A stretch of DNA of 64,000 bases from a virus (Duplodnaviria > Caudoviricetes): the IMG/VR virus record IMGVR_UViG_2700989075_000001, positions 5,642 through 69,641 of that record; one strand, written 5' to 3'. Each line of letters begins with the position of its first letter. Within the stretch, counting starts at the first letter, position 1. This document shows positions 49,040 to 58,416 of the stretch, piece by piece. The notes under the pieces were generated by a model. The model was not told the origin of the DNA, did no database searches, and was given only the letters and a program-made list of their open reading frames with translations. The translations under genes were made by a program, and so were the position numbers.

Positions 49040-49351
49040 TCAAACCTGGTCGTCGTACAGGGCCAGGGTGGGAACGTCGTTGTAGTCCTCGGTGGGGCGC
49101 AAGGTAACCGGTTGGTCGTGGAACAGGGTCTCCTCCATGGACGCGCCCAGCCCGTAGACCACGTGAATCTCGGCCTCGTTGGCGCTGAGCTGGCGCAGCT
49201 CCCCGGTGATCACGCGGGCGACCTCGGTGTTGTTGTCCCACTGACGGAAGCGGATGGTCTGGCCGATGTCGGCCGGGCGCAGCTCGTCGGCTCGGATGAA
49301 GGTGTTGCGCTTGAACCGGCTCTCGGGCTGCACCGCGTTGTCGCCGCTCAC
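49040..49351 (-). CDS. Hypothetical protein
   Basis: GTGA-coupled ORF. Confidence 0.65.
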   Translation of the reverse strand: MSGDNAVQPESRFKRNTFIRADELRPADIGQTIRFRQWDNNTEVARVITGELRQLSANEAEIHVVYGLGASMEETLFHDQPVTLRPTEDYNDVPTLALYDDQV

Positions 49352-49617
49352 CGCGCCGCCACCGTGACGGCATAGACAGGCAGGCCGAAGTCCATAGGCG
49401 GTGCCATGCCGGGGCCACAGAGGCGGTTGCCCATGGTGGTGCAATCCCAGCAGGGCATGTCCTCCTCGCACTGCTCAGCAACGCTGGCCGGGGTGCTGCG
49501 CACCTGCTCGGCGTCCTTGGGTGCAGCGATGGCCAGGCCCAGCGGCATACCGACCGCCAGACCGATGAACAGGCCAGCGCCGAAGCACACTGCGCGGTCT
49601 GCGTTGGATGTGGGCAT
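49348..49617 (-). CDS. Membrane-anchored protein with CEEDMPCWDC...GN..CG motif
   Basis: N-terminal TM segment, Cys-rich motif, GGAGG RBS. Confidence 0.7.
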   Translation of the reverse strand: MPTSNADRAVCFGAGLFIGLAVGMPLGLAIAAPKDAEQVRSTPASVAEQCEEDMPCWDCTTMGNRLCGPGMAPPMDFGLPVYAVTVAAR

Positions 49618-49643
49618 TGTGGTTGTCCTCCCAGGTAAACCGT

Positions 49644-49728
49644 GGCGGGGCCGTCCCGCTGTGGTACCTGAAGGTTATAGCTTATTGACCGCGCCGCGCG
49701 CAAGCACTTGCCCGACTTTAGCCGGTAT
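49644..49728 (-). promoter_or_regulatory. Divergent cassette copy (hairpin conserved; degenerate operator upstream of promoter)
   Basis: GGCGGGGCCGTCCCGCT hairpin; TTGCGC...TATAACCT on the minus strand; GCCCG-ACTTTAG-CCGGT at about 49710-49726. Confidence 0.5.
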
Positions 49729-49734
49729 CTGCTG

Positions 49735-50058
49735 CTACTTGGGTTTTCGGCCGGTCTGCGCCCACTGCTGGCCACGCTGCATCTGGTACAGCAGGGACAG
49801 CGACGAGGACATCGGCGCGGGCAGGGCACGCAGCAGCACGGTCCACTCGCTGTACTCGATCACGCCGTCGCCGCTGCCCGCCGGGCGACGCATCAGTTCC
49901 TGGCACAGCGCCACGAACGGGCCGAAGTGGTTCGGATCGACGCGCTGCGTCACGACGTACCCGAGGGCGAACGCCAGCGCCGCCGTCGGGGCTTCGGACA
50001 GTGGGGTGCCGCCGGGGCCGAACGTCTGCGCCGGGACGGCGGGGAGGTTGTGGGTCAC
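49735..50058 (-). CDS. Hypothetical protein (probably leaderless)
   Basis: GTG 6 nt downstream of TACTGT, in a degenerate cassette at 50065-50087. Confidence 0.6.
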   Translation of the reverse strand: MTHNLPAVPAQTFGPGGTPLSEAPTAALAFALGYVVTQRVDPNHFGPFVALCQELMRRPAGSGDGVIEYSEWTVLLRALPAPMSSSLSLLYQMQRGQQWAQTGRKPK

Positions 50059-50098
50059 CGCCCCACAGTAGCCCGCCAATGTCGGGTGTGTCGCCGCT

Positions 50099-50300
50099 CG
50101 CGTGCGCGCACGCGCGTGTACGTGCGCGCGGGCGCGTCAGCGTACCGGATCGCACCCCAAAAAGTCAAATTTGTGGTCAACTACTTGCCACGTCCTTGAC
50201 TATGTGGGTAGGCTGCGCCCCGAGGGCAGCGCAGCTATCCCACATATAGTCAAGTCCCCCGGCGTCGTTCTGGGAAATGTCATTCCTACTCCGGAGTAGG
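50099..50300. repeat. Cluster of palindromes in the divergent non-coding region
   Basis: 32-bp alternating pyrimidine/purine tract at 50099-50130, imperfect inverted repeat at 50195-50254, perfect 16-bp palindrome at 50285-50300. Confidence 0.8.
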
Positions 50301-50441
50301 GTTCGTTCGTGCCTGGGGCGGCTGCCAGGGCTACGCCTACGGGTCCATCGCGCCTTTACGCCTTGCCCGGCGCGCTGCCCGGTGGCCAGGCCGGTGCAAT
50401 GGCCTTTCGGCCCTGGGCAATTATGGGTTAGTGTGAATCCC

Positions 50442-51218
50442 ATGACCACAACCACACGACGCAAGACCACGAAGAAGGCGGCACCCGTGAAGGGTGACGT
50501 GCGACCGGAAACACTGGCGCAGTTCAACCGCGAGCTGGTCGAGTACGGCGGGTACGACCCCGACTTCGACGGGCTGGTGGAGAAGCTGTACACCACGCGG
50601 GAGGCCATCAAGCAGCTGGCCAAGGCGCGGCAAAACCTGTTTGAGCACGTGAAAGGCTACTACCGGGGCACCGACGTGGCCGTGCCCGGTACGGAGTTCG
50701 TGGTCCGGCAGACAGCAGCCGGGGAGCCCACCACGTACCGGACGGTGAGCAGTGCCGACGCCAAGAAGGCCGACCCGGCTGCCTGGCGGCGGGCGCAGGT
50801 GCTGACCGGGTTCGTGCAGGTGAAGGCCCCGGCGGCGGTGGCTGCGGCGGTGCCGGAGGAAGCGGTGCCGGAGCTGTGCAACCTGGACAAGGGCGTGGGG
50901 CTGCGGGAGGCGGTGCTGGCCTACAAGGAGGCTCCGGCCTGGCAGCGGCTGAAAGCGCTGCGGGAGGCCGAACAGGAAACGCTCGGTCGGCTGGAGAAGC
51001 TGGCTGCGGAGTTCGGCTGGGACGGCGACCTGAAGGTGTTCGCGGATGGTTGGTCGGTGCAGCTCAAGCGCCAGCAGTACAGCAGCGAGGCGCTGGCGGC
51101 GGTGGCCCCCGACGTGTTCGAGAAGCTGGCCGTGGTGAAGGTCAAGCAGGCTCCGGCCAGGGTGTACGTCGGCAAGCCCGGTGACACCGACGGGGCCGAG
51201 GACGAGTACGCGGAATAG
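50442..51218 (+). CDS. Hypothetical protein (probably leaderless)
   Basis: ATG 7 nt after TAGTGT; coding-like sequence with two similar halves. Confidence 0.7.
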   Translation: MTTTTRRKTTKKAAPVKGDVRPETLAQFNRELVEYGGYDPDFDGLVEKLYTTREAIKQLAKARQNLFEHVKGYYRGTDVAVPGTEFVVRQTAAGEPTTYRTVSSADAKKADPAAWRRAQVLTGFVQVKAPAAVAAAVPEEAVPELCNLDKGVGLREAVLAYKEAPAWQRLKALREAEQETLGRLEKLAAEFGWDGDLKVFADGWSVQLKRQQYSSEALAAVAPDVFEKLAVVKVKQAPARVYVGKPGDTDGAEDEYAE

Positions 51219-51307
51219 CCCGTTGCGGGCGCGCCAGAAACCCTGCCTGAGCTGCGGTTATGGATAGGTACTGGCGCGCCAGCAAACTAGGGGTTATACA
51301 TATAACC

Positions 51308-51577
51308 ATGGTACGCATAAAGCCACGTGGACCGGGCCGTCCGAAGGGGCCAGACAAGTTGCTGGTGCCGGTAAAAATGGTGCCTGAGCAGCGACGACGC
51401 TTTAAGGCGTTGTGTGCTGCGCGGGACATGAGTTACGAGCAGCTGATCATCCATTGGATGGATAAAGACGACGCAAATGAGCGTCGTAGAGTCGCACAGC
51501 AAAAACATCCGCTCCACCAGCCAAAACAGGCCAGTTTCTATCCAGGAGGAGGGCAGCGTGTCCAGCCCAGACAGTGA
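51308..51577 (+). CDS. Ribbon-helix-helix (ParG-like) DNA-binding protein
   Basis: GRPKG...VPVKMVPEQRRRFKALCAARDMSYEQLIIHW; palindrome GGTTATA-CA-TATAACC abuts the ATG. Confidence 0.7.
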   Translation: MVRIKPRGPGRPKGPDKLLVPVKMVPEQRRRFKALCAARDMSYEQLIIHWMDKDDANERRRVAQQKHPLHQPKQASFYPGGGQRVQPRQ

Positions 51578-51854
51578 CGACGAGGCGGTGCTTGCGCCCG
51601 CCGAATGGACCGGCAAGCCCGTGGTCTGTCCGCAGTGCAACAACGCGGGCAAGCCCGTGATGGGCCAGGACGGATGGCAGCTGCCCATCCACGGCCGGGT
51701 CGAGCAGACCTTTCCGTTCCGTGTGGTGACGTGCGGCGGCAGCATGGGCGCGGTGCAGGCCATGCAGGTGCCCGAGCCCATGGAGCAGCGCATCGAGGAT
51801 CACGTGGCCCGCGCCATGCCCGACCGCGTGAACGACGACTGGGACACCCCGTGA
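51558..51854 (+). CDS. Hypothetical protein with CxxC...H...C
   Basis: GGAGGAG RBS. Confidence 0.55.
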   Translation: MSSPDSDDEAVLAPAEWTGKPVVCPQCNNAGKPVMGQDGWQLPIHGRVEQTFPFRVVTCGGSMGAVQAMQVPEPMEQRIEDHVARAMPDRVNDDWDTP

Positions 51855-51956
51855 CGCCCTGGCAGTTGGCGGCGCTCGTTGAGCTGCTGCGGCACCCCGA
51901 GCGGCGCGTCATCGTGACATGCGTGCCGCCCCAGCACCCGCAGACAGGACACCGCC

Positions 51957-52391
51957 GTGGATGAATGGCCCGAGCTGGAAGCGCTGGGCAAGGCGGTGGA
52001 CGCCTGGGACGAGTGGCCGGTGTCGGTTTGCCTGGCCGCGCAGGAGGTGATCGACGCTGCCCGCGCGGTGGTGCGCAACTACCGCGACACCCTGGCCATG
52101 ATCGCCGCCTACAAGGCCATGCCGCCCGTGACGCTGGAAACGCTGCGCGGCCAGGGGCTGCTCACCGAGGCCCAGTATCGGCGTCAGGTGGGGCTGCCGC
52201 CAGCGGCCGAACCAGGCGTGAAGGCGTGCATCGAGGTGCCGGTGCCCGAGGGCTACGACGAGGACGCCGATCCCGTGGTGCGCCATGCCCGCAAGGTGTG
52301 GGACGACTTCGGCCAGGCCATGCAGTCCGGCCATCCAACGACGCACATGCCCAGGGAGGAGCCGGGAGGTGATCGACACCGTGACGATTGA
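51957..52391 (+). CDS. Hypothetical protein
   Basis: Coding-like ORF. Confidence 0.6.
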   Translation: MDEWPELEALGKAVDAWDEWPVSVCLAAQEVIDAARAVVRNYRDTLAMIAAYKAMPPVTLETLRGQGLLTEAQYRRQVGLPPAAEPGVKACIEVPVPEGYDEDADPVVRHARKVWDDFGQAMQSGHPTTHMPREEPGGDRHRDD

Positions 52392-52569
52392 GCACCAGCG
52401 CGGCACCAAGCCCGTTATTCGCGCACGGGTCGACCGGGCCACCGCCTGCTACTACCCCGACAGCCAGCGCGTGGTCCTGGTCGCGGACAAGGCCGACTTC
52501 GGCGCGGCGCTGCGTGCCCTCACCGAACTGCGCGACCACTACGGTGCCGAACTGGAGCCCAAGGCATGA
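52381..52569 (+). CDS. Hypothetical protein
   Basis: GGAGG upstream; start could be 52369. Confidence 0.5.
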   Translation: MTIEHQRGTKPVIRARVDRATACYYPDSQRVVLVADKADFGAALRALTELRDHYGAELEPKA

Positions 52570-52784
52570 CCACCAGGGCACCGATCATGGAGCTGACCGA
52601 CGCCCACGCCGACGGCACCATCTACGTGGACGGCGAAGGCGACATCTGGCAGCCATGCCCGTTCGGCTGGATGGTCACCCGGCGCACGCCGTTCAGCATC
52701 GACAGCAGCCTGGGCGTACCGGCGGCAATGTTCGGCCCGTACGTTCCGGTGCTGCCGCCTCCTGGGGGACAATCGCCAGCATGA
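52566..52784 (+). CDS. Hypothetical protein
   Basis: ATGA-coupled; VDGEGDIWQ...FGPY motif. Confidence 0.6.
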   Translation: MTTRAPIMELTDAHADGTIYVDGEGDIWQPCPFGWMVTRRTPFSIDSSLGVPAAMFGPYVPVLPPPGGQSPA

Positions 52785-53368
52785 CGGTGAGCGACGACGA
52801 CATCAGCGCCATGCTGGACGAGGAGCTGCTGGCCCGGCGCACCAAGGTGATGTTCCTCAAGAACGCGGGTGCCACCTGGAAGGCCATTAGCGCGGAGGTG
52901 GGCGTCAGCATCGCCACGTGCCGCAAGGACTACTCCGTGGTGTGCCGCGACATCAACAACGAGCAGCCCGCCGACGTGGTGGCCCGGCATCGCGCGGTCA
53001 TTTTCGACATCCAGCGGGCCAACTACCCGGCCATGATGCGCGGCGACAAGGACGCGGCGGCTACCATCCTGCGGGCGCTGGACCGCGAGGCCAAGCTGCT
53101 CGGGCTCGACGCACCCACGCGGATCCTGGCCGGGGTCAGCGACGTGGAGTTCGCCAACGAGGCTGCCCGGCTCATCGAACGCATCACCGCACTGGATCCC
53201 ACAACCATGAAGGAGCTGAGCCGTGCCACCAACAGCGCGCCCCGCATCATCGACGCAGAACCCGCTGACGTTCCCGCTGACCAGGCGGGCCATCCGCAGG
53301 CTGCGCCGATGCCTGGGGCAGCGCCCGGCACTGACGACAGTGACGACGACTGGAGCAACATCGCCTGA
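52781..53368 (+). CDS. HTH protein resembling actinophage terminase small subunits
   Basis: AGATWKAISAEVGVS HTH; GDKDAA...REAKLLGLDAP. Confidence 0.6.
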   Translation: MTVSDDDISAMLDEELLARRTKVMFLKNAGATWKAISAEVGVSIATCRKDYSVVCRDINNEQPADVVARHRAVIFDIQRANYPAMMRGDKDAAATILRALDREAKLLGLDAPTRILAGVSDVEFANEAARLIERITALDPTTMKELSRATNSAPRIIDAEPADVPADQAGHPQAAPMPGAAPGTDDSDDDWSNIA

Positions 53369-53489
53369 ACCCGACGCTGACCACGGCCAGGCCGACCACC
53401 GCTGCACCCTGGTCGAACGGCATGAGATCAGCGCCCCCGTCGAGGACGAACAGCCCGACATCAGCAACTACCGGCAGGCGGTGGCTGCC

Positions 53490-53927
53490 ATGTTCGACCA
53501 GGCGCGGGCCTGGCACGCCGCCCACGGGCTGGAGCCGGTTGACCTGGCCCGCTTCGCCCGCACGGCCAGCGCCCACGGCCAGGCAGCCGTGGGCGTGCAG
53601 TGGACGGTCACGGTGGGGCGCGGTGAGCTGAGCGCCGACCAGCGCCTGCCGGGCGTCATGGACAGCTGGAAGTGGTCGGCACGGTTCCATCACTGGCGCA
53701 AGGTGTTCAACCGCATGGACGGACGCCAGGGGCGTCTGCTGGCGCTGCGTGAGGACGGCCGGGCCAGCGTCACGCCGCTGTTCCGCGACCACCGGCCCGT
53801 TGCCGCCGAGACCTCGCTGACCGGGGCCAGCATGGGCGTGCTGACCGGCAGCGTGGACGGCTGCACGTGCCACCTGCCCGGCCCCTTCAAGGACATCTGT
53901 CCGGTCCACTTCGACGCCGACACGTAA
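53490..53927 (+). CDS. Hypothetical protein (start uncertain)
   Basis: Fills the gap in the operon; C-terminal CTC...CPVH. Confidence 0.45.
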   Translation: MFDQARAWHAAHGLEPVDLARFARTASAHGQAAVGVQWTVTVGRGELSADQRLPGVMDSWKWSARFHHWRKVFNRMDGRQGRLLALREDGRASVTPLFRDHRPVAAETSLTGASMGVLTGSVDGCTCHLPGPFKDICPVHFDADT

Positions 53928-53950
53928 GCCCCAGCGGTACGATCGCGCGC

Positions 53951-54187
53951 ATGGGCCTCGCTGACACCCGCCACCACTCCGTCCAGCACCTGGTCGACCT
54001 GCTGGAGCCGAACCCCAACCTCCCCGACCCGCTGTTCAAGGTGGCCGACGTTGCCGCTTGCCACCGCGACAAGATGCTGGAGCTGCTGGGCGATGGTCCC
54101 GAGCTGGCCGCTGGCCTGCGCAAGCTGCTGGAGGCCAAGGACTGCTTCGTGCGCCAGGCGCTGCTCGACCGCGTGGACGCCGACTGA
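53951..54187 (+). CDS. Small helical protein (GPE...LRKLLEAKDCFVR motif)
   Basis: Leaderless ATG 7 nt after TACGAT. Confidence 0.7.
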   Translation: MGLADTRHHSVQHLVDLLEPNPNLPDPLFKVADVAACHRDKMLELLGDGPELAAGLRKLLEAKDCFVRQALLDRVDAD

Positions 54188-54399
54188 TGGGCGGCGACTA
54201 CACGGTCACAGACCTGCGCAAGCGCGACAAGCAGCTGACCGTCCATCTGCGTGACGCCCAGCGCGGCCAGGTAGCTCGCAATGTGCGCCAACTGGCCGGG
54301 TCGTTGTGGTGGCAGGGCGCAGCCGGTGGCAACCCGAACGCTTTCGCTACCCGCGACGACCTGCTGGCCAAGGCCCGCGCGGAGGGGCTGGAAGTATGA
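54187..54399 (+). CDS. Hypothetical protein
   Basis: TGATG-coupled. Confidence 0.6.
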   Translation: MGGDYTVTDLRKRDKQLTVHLRDAQRGQVARNVRQLAGSLWWQGAAGGNPNAFATRDDLLAKARAEGLEV

Positions 54400-54986
54400 C
54401 AGCCGAGCCCGCCGCCGACCCGTGCGAGCTTGACGCCGACGAGCCCGACGCCAAGGGCTGGGAGCCGGACTACCTGCTGGTGCCCGCACTACTGGCGGGC
54501 AGTGCGACCACCATGGCCGACCTGAGCCCCGCCGACCGCGCCTGGGCGGTGGCCGGGCTCATGCGCGAAGGCCATACCGCCGAACGCATCCGCGACCGGA
54601 TGGGATGCAGCCTGCGCACGGTGCGAATGGTCAGCGCCTGGGCGGCGACAACCGCCTGCATGTTGCTCCAGGAGGAGTCGGAGCATTTCGCCGACGAGCA
54701 CCGGATGCAGGCCAGCGAGATTGCCCGGCTGACCCGTGCCCTGGCCACCAGCGAGGCCACCGCCGAGCGCTACCGCGCCCAGCTGGCCAACGTGCTGGAC
54801 AGTTACCTGACCGGTGAGGCCGGACCGACGTTTCCCAAGTGCGGGCACCCGAAAACGAAGTACAACACCTACACCGCGCCGAAGACCGGCAAGACCAGTT
54901 GCCGCATGTGCCACGCCGACGCCCAGGCCCGATACGAGGCCCGGTGCCGTGAGCTGGCCGCTGCCCAGGACGCCGCGCAGGCGTAG
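54396..54986 (+). CDS. HTH DNA-binding protein with coiled coil and C-terminal Zn-finger
   Basis: GHTAERIRDRMGCSLRTV; CGH...NTY...CRMC. Confidence 0.7.
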   Translation: MTAEPAADPCELDADEPDAKGWEPDYLLVPALLAGSATTMADLSPADRAWAVAGLMREGHTAERIRDRMGCSLRTVRMVSAWAATTACMLLQEESEHFADEHRMQASEIARLTRALATSEATAERYRAQLANVLDSYLTGEAGPTFPKCGHPKTKYNTYTAPKTGKTSCRMCHADAQARYEARCRELAAAQDAAQA

Positions 54987-54996
54987 GGTCGGCCCC

Positions 54997-55287
54997 ATGG
55001 CCAAGGCACGCAAGGGGAGCCGCCGGGCCGGAGCATTGCGCGGTGGCCGGTCCAAGATCGCACGCAGCCGGGGACGCGGCACCGTAGCCCTGCATAGCCG
55101 CGCAGGCGGCATCGCCACGTTCGCCAAGGGCGGCGGTGGCGGGTACCGGGGATTCAAATCGAAGAAGCAGTGGCGCTGGGCCTGGGCCACGCACCAGCCC
55201 TGGGCGCGTAAGAAGTCGCACGAAACGGCCGGTGGTCCCAAGGTGCGCTATCGCCGCCTCCCGGCCAGCAAGCACAGCGGTCACTGA
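54997..55287 (+). CDS. Very basic small protein (putative nucleic-acid binding)
   Basis: Arg/Lys/Gly-rich; FKSKKQWRWAWA...WARK motif; leaderless after TAGGGT. Confidence 0.65.
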   Translation: MAKARKGSRRAGALRGGRSKIARSRGRGTVALHSRAGGIATFAKGGGGGYRGFKSKKQWRWAWATHQPWARKKSHETAGGPKVRYRRLPASKHSGH

Positions 55288-55305
55288 TAACCCGGTCATC
55301 AGGAT

Positions 55306-55800
55306 TCAGCCGAACGCGCCCAGCGCGCTGGCCAAGAACAGCAGCGCCAGCGCCGCAGTGAGGGCCACATAGCCCGCTTGCCGCCAGCTGGCCCACGGCC
55401 AGGCAACCACCTCGGGCTCGGGCTGTTCGTGCCAAGGCGACACCCACAGCGCCGGTACGCCGACACCCTGGCCCAGGCAGCGGCGGCAGCGGTAGGCGTC
55501 GACCAGCCAGCGCATGTCATGCCGGTAGTAGCAGCCGCCGCAGCCTTGGCACCAGTCCGCACGGCCATCCAGCAGGCTCTGGACACCCGGCTCCACCACG
55601 GGCTTAGCCGGTGCCGTGGACAGGTGGCCCTCGGCGTCGGGCAGCACCAGCGGCGTGAAGGCGAACCCGTCGGGCACCTGGCGCACGGTGCCGCCGGTTG
55701 GGCTGGCGTGCATCTGGGCCACGGCATCGCCCAGCTTCTCGAACTGCGCCGCGCCGAAGCCCTTGGCCGCTACTCGGGGCTGTCGTCCACCCATCACCAC
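55306..55800 (-). CDS. Hypothetical protein with CxxC pairs and C-terminal TM segment
   Basis: GGAGG RBS. Confidence 0.6.
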   Translation of the reverse strand: MVMGGRQPRVAAKGFGAAQFEKLGDAVAQMHASPTGGTVRQVPDGFAFTPLVLPDAEGHLSTAPAKPVVEPGVQSLLDGRADWCQGCGGCYYRHDMRWLVDAYRCRRCLGQGVGVPALWVSPWHEQPEPEVVAWPWASWRQAGYVALTAALALLFLASALGAFG

Positions 55801-56180
55801 ACCTCCAGGGGTACGTCGCAGTCGTCAGCGTGCGGGGCCAGGTAGTGCGCGCCGCAGGTGGCGCAATGGTCGGTCTCGTCGTAAGGATCGGTGGCGGCGC
55901 GCAGCGCGGCGGTCATCCGCGCGCCCTGGCGGCAGCTACACCCGGCGCAGTGCGGACCTCGGATGTTGCTGCGCCGGTACGTGCCGCCCTCGCTGCCCGG
56001 CACCAGGCGGTCAGCAATCACCTCGTCCTCGGTCACCAGCCGCCCGCATTCCCAGCAGGGCACTTTCACCCCGTCGCCGCCGAACCCGGCCTCGGGGCTC
56101 ACCAGCCAGCGCCGCCGGGCGCGCCGGTCGTAGCTGGAGCCGCGCTCGTTGCGGTTGCTCCGGCCGCAGACACTGCTCAC
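55794..56180 (-). CDS. HNH-like endonuclease (degenerate)
   Basis: CWECG...ADRLVPGSEGGTYRRSNIRGPHCAGC; the usual DH is DR. Confidence 0.65.
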   Translation of the reverse strand: MSSVCGRSNRNERGSSYDRRARRRWLVSPEAGFGGDGVKVPCWECGRLVTEDEVIADRLVPGSEGGTYRRSNIRGPHCAGCSCRQGARMTAALRAATDPYDETDHCATCGAHYLAPHADDCDVPLEVW

Positions 56181-58124
56181 TTGGTCACCACACTGGGCGG
56201 GTCGAACACCAGCCGCCAGCGCTCGCCTGTCCACAGCAGCACCCACCAGTGCCGCAGGCGGTGCCGGTCACCGTCGAACAGGCGCTCCACGTCGTCGCGC
56301 GTGGGCACGCCGCTGCCGGTCATACGCCGCCGACCACCTGGCCGCACCGGGCGCAGACCTGGGCGGGCCTGCCGCCGCGCACCAGCACAATGCTGGTGAT
56401 GTGCGGGCACGGCGTGCGCGGTGGCCTCATGCGCGCTGGGCCTCCTCATCGCGCTCCCAGTCGTCCAGGATGGCGTTCAGCCGGTTGATCGGCACGGTCA
56501 GCGCGCTGCCGTATTCGGCGCACAGTTCGCGGATGCGGGCCAGCGCCAGGGCCTCGGGGCTCAGGTTGTGGGTCACAGGTCGAACTCCTCCTCATACATC
56601 GGCAGGTACTCGCTGGCCGGGCGCGGCTGCCCGGCGGCAACGTTCGCGTCGAACGCGGCCAGCAGGTGCTCCAGGTAACGCACGTGCGGGCTCGGCTCCA
56701 GTCCGTTGTCCGGCGCGTCGACAATGCGCGCGATGAACTTGCGGCGCTGGCGGGCCACGTCCATCCCGTGGCTGACGGTCTTCACGGGCACTCCTGCCCT
56801 GGTCGGTGGATCAGGTGGCATTGCGCGCAGATAACCTCACGCTCGCCCAGGGTGAAGTCCCTCATGTCGTAGGCGGGGCCATCGCCCAGGATGCGCGGCC
56901 AGTGCTCGGGCTGGTCGGGCACCGGCCCACAGTCGATGCCGGGCAGGCAGCTGGCGCACCCGTCCACGGCGCTATGAGTGCGGTGGCCGCATCGGCGGCA
57001 TGGCACGCGGGTGTCGAACGTCATGGCCTTTCGTCCCATCCGTTGCGCTTGCCGCTGGTCAGGCAGGGCTGGCCCAGCGTGTTGGTGTGCTCGGCGAAGC
57101 AGCGCTTGCCCTCGTCGTCGCGGGTAATGTCCACGTCCTTGGTGCAGACGGGGCACCAGTAGGTGCCCTCGCCGCTCACCGCGTCCTCACTACGGCTGTG
57201 ATGGTGCTGCCCGGCCGGAAATGCTCACGCCAGCCGTGGAACTCCAGCAGCGCGCCGATGTCGTCCAGCACCACGAAGCGGTCGCTGGCCAGGCCGACGC
57301 GCACGTGGCCCACCAGGGGCCGGTCCAGCGTGGTTTCGGCCAGGGTCACGTGGTCGGTATGGCAGGCACGCCACGGTGCCCACCAGGGCCGGTCGCCCCA
57401 CGCGGCCACCAGCGCCACCATGGTCGTGCCGGGGCTTACCTCGGTGGCCGGGTCCACGATGGGCGGCGCGGTGGCCAGCACCTCGGCGTGCTGCCGGGCG
57501 CGGCGATGCAGCAACAGCACTCGCAGCACGAACGCCAGCGCCACGCCCAGGGCGGCGTCCCGCCAGCTGAACGGCCAGCCGATCCACTGGTCGATAACCC
57601 AGCTGGCCAGCAGGCACACCGGCATCACGATGAACCACCAGCCCAGCCAGTCCCTCATGGTCGCCACGGCTCGGCCCCCATTCCGGTGCTGACGTTATGC
57701 GTGAAGCACCAGCCATACCGCCAGCGGCAGTCCGGTCCGCACGGCAGCAGGCCCACGGCGCGCATCACCTCGGCCAGCTCCTGAGTCGTCATGTTGGCGT
57801 CCATCACTTGCCCTCCAGCTTGGCGCGCAGCGCGGCCAGTTCCTCGTCGTTCATCAACGGTGACACCGGCTGGTCCAGGAACACCGGAAGCTCCACGTTG
57901 TGGCTGTTGCACCACACCATCGGCTCAGGCCGGTAAGTCAGCTCCATGTCGCAGCCGGTGCGCAGGTGCATGATCGGCTCGGGGTTCACAGTGCTGACCA
58001 GGCCCTCGGCCAGGCGGGTATCCGGCTTAGGGCTCACGGCGTCGGCAATGCGCTCCAGTGCCAGCACCGCACGCTCGGCGAACTTGATGGCATCACGGGT
58101 CGGGCCGGGCAGCAGGTTAACCAT
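56177..58124 (-). other. Run of small coupled hypothetical genes (56177-56323, 56320-56430, 56427-56576, 56573-56785, 56782-57024, 57021-57179, 57176-57667, 57655-57804, 57804-58124)
   Basis: Mostly 4-bp stop/start overlaps; several have CxxC motifs and one has 2 TM segments. Confidence 0.6.
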
Positions 58125-58398
58125 GGTCAGGGCGTCCTTTCGACGTAAGGGGTAGGCCAGCTCGCCGGAGCGTGGCTATGGCGTTCTTGAGCGCGCGGGT
58201 ATCGCTGGGCGTGCCGGGCAAGGTGGTTGTCAGCGCACCGTTGACATACACCTTGAAATGACCCCGGCACGGTTTGACCTCACCGCCCACGGCGATCACC
58301 GCGTGTACCAGCTCGCGGACTGCGGTGTTGGTGCCGCCCACGCGCTTGCGGCCACAGCCGGGCACCGGGCGGGCTTGGTCGGGTATCGGTTGGCCCAT
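58117..58398 (-). CDS. HicA-like (dsRBD-fold) protein
   Basis: VRELV...GHFKVY...TLPGTPSDTRALKNAIATLRRAG; AAAGGAGG RBS. Confidence 0.65.
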   Translation of the reverse strand: MGQPIPDQARPVPGCGRKRVGGTNTAVRELVHAVIAVGGEVKPCRGHFKVYVNGALTTTLPGTPSDTRALKNAIATLRRAGLPLTSKGRPDHG

Positions 58399-58416
58399 GG
58401 TGGGCCTCCTTTCGGT

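Noticed and set aside
51851-51964. 37-aa ORF resembling a terminase Walker-A lead-in (VIVTCVPPQH)
   Set aside because: Too short and lacks GKS; the resemblance could be chance.
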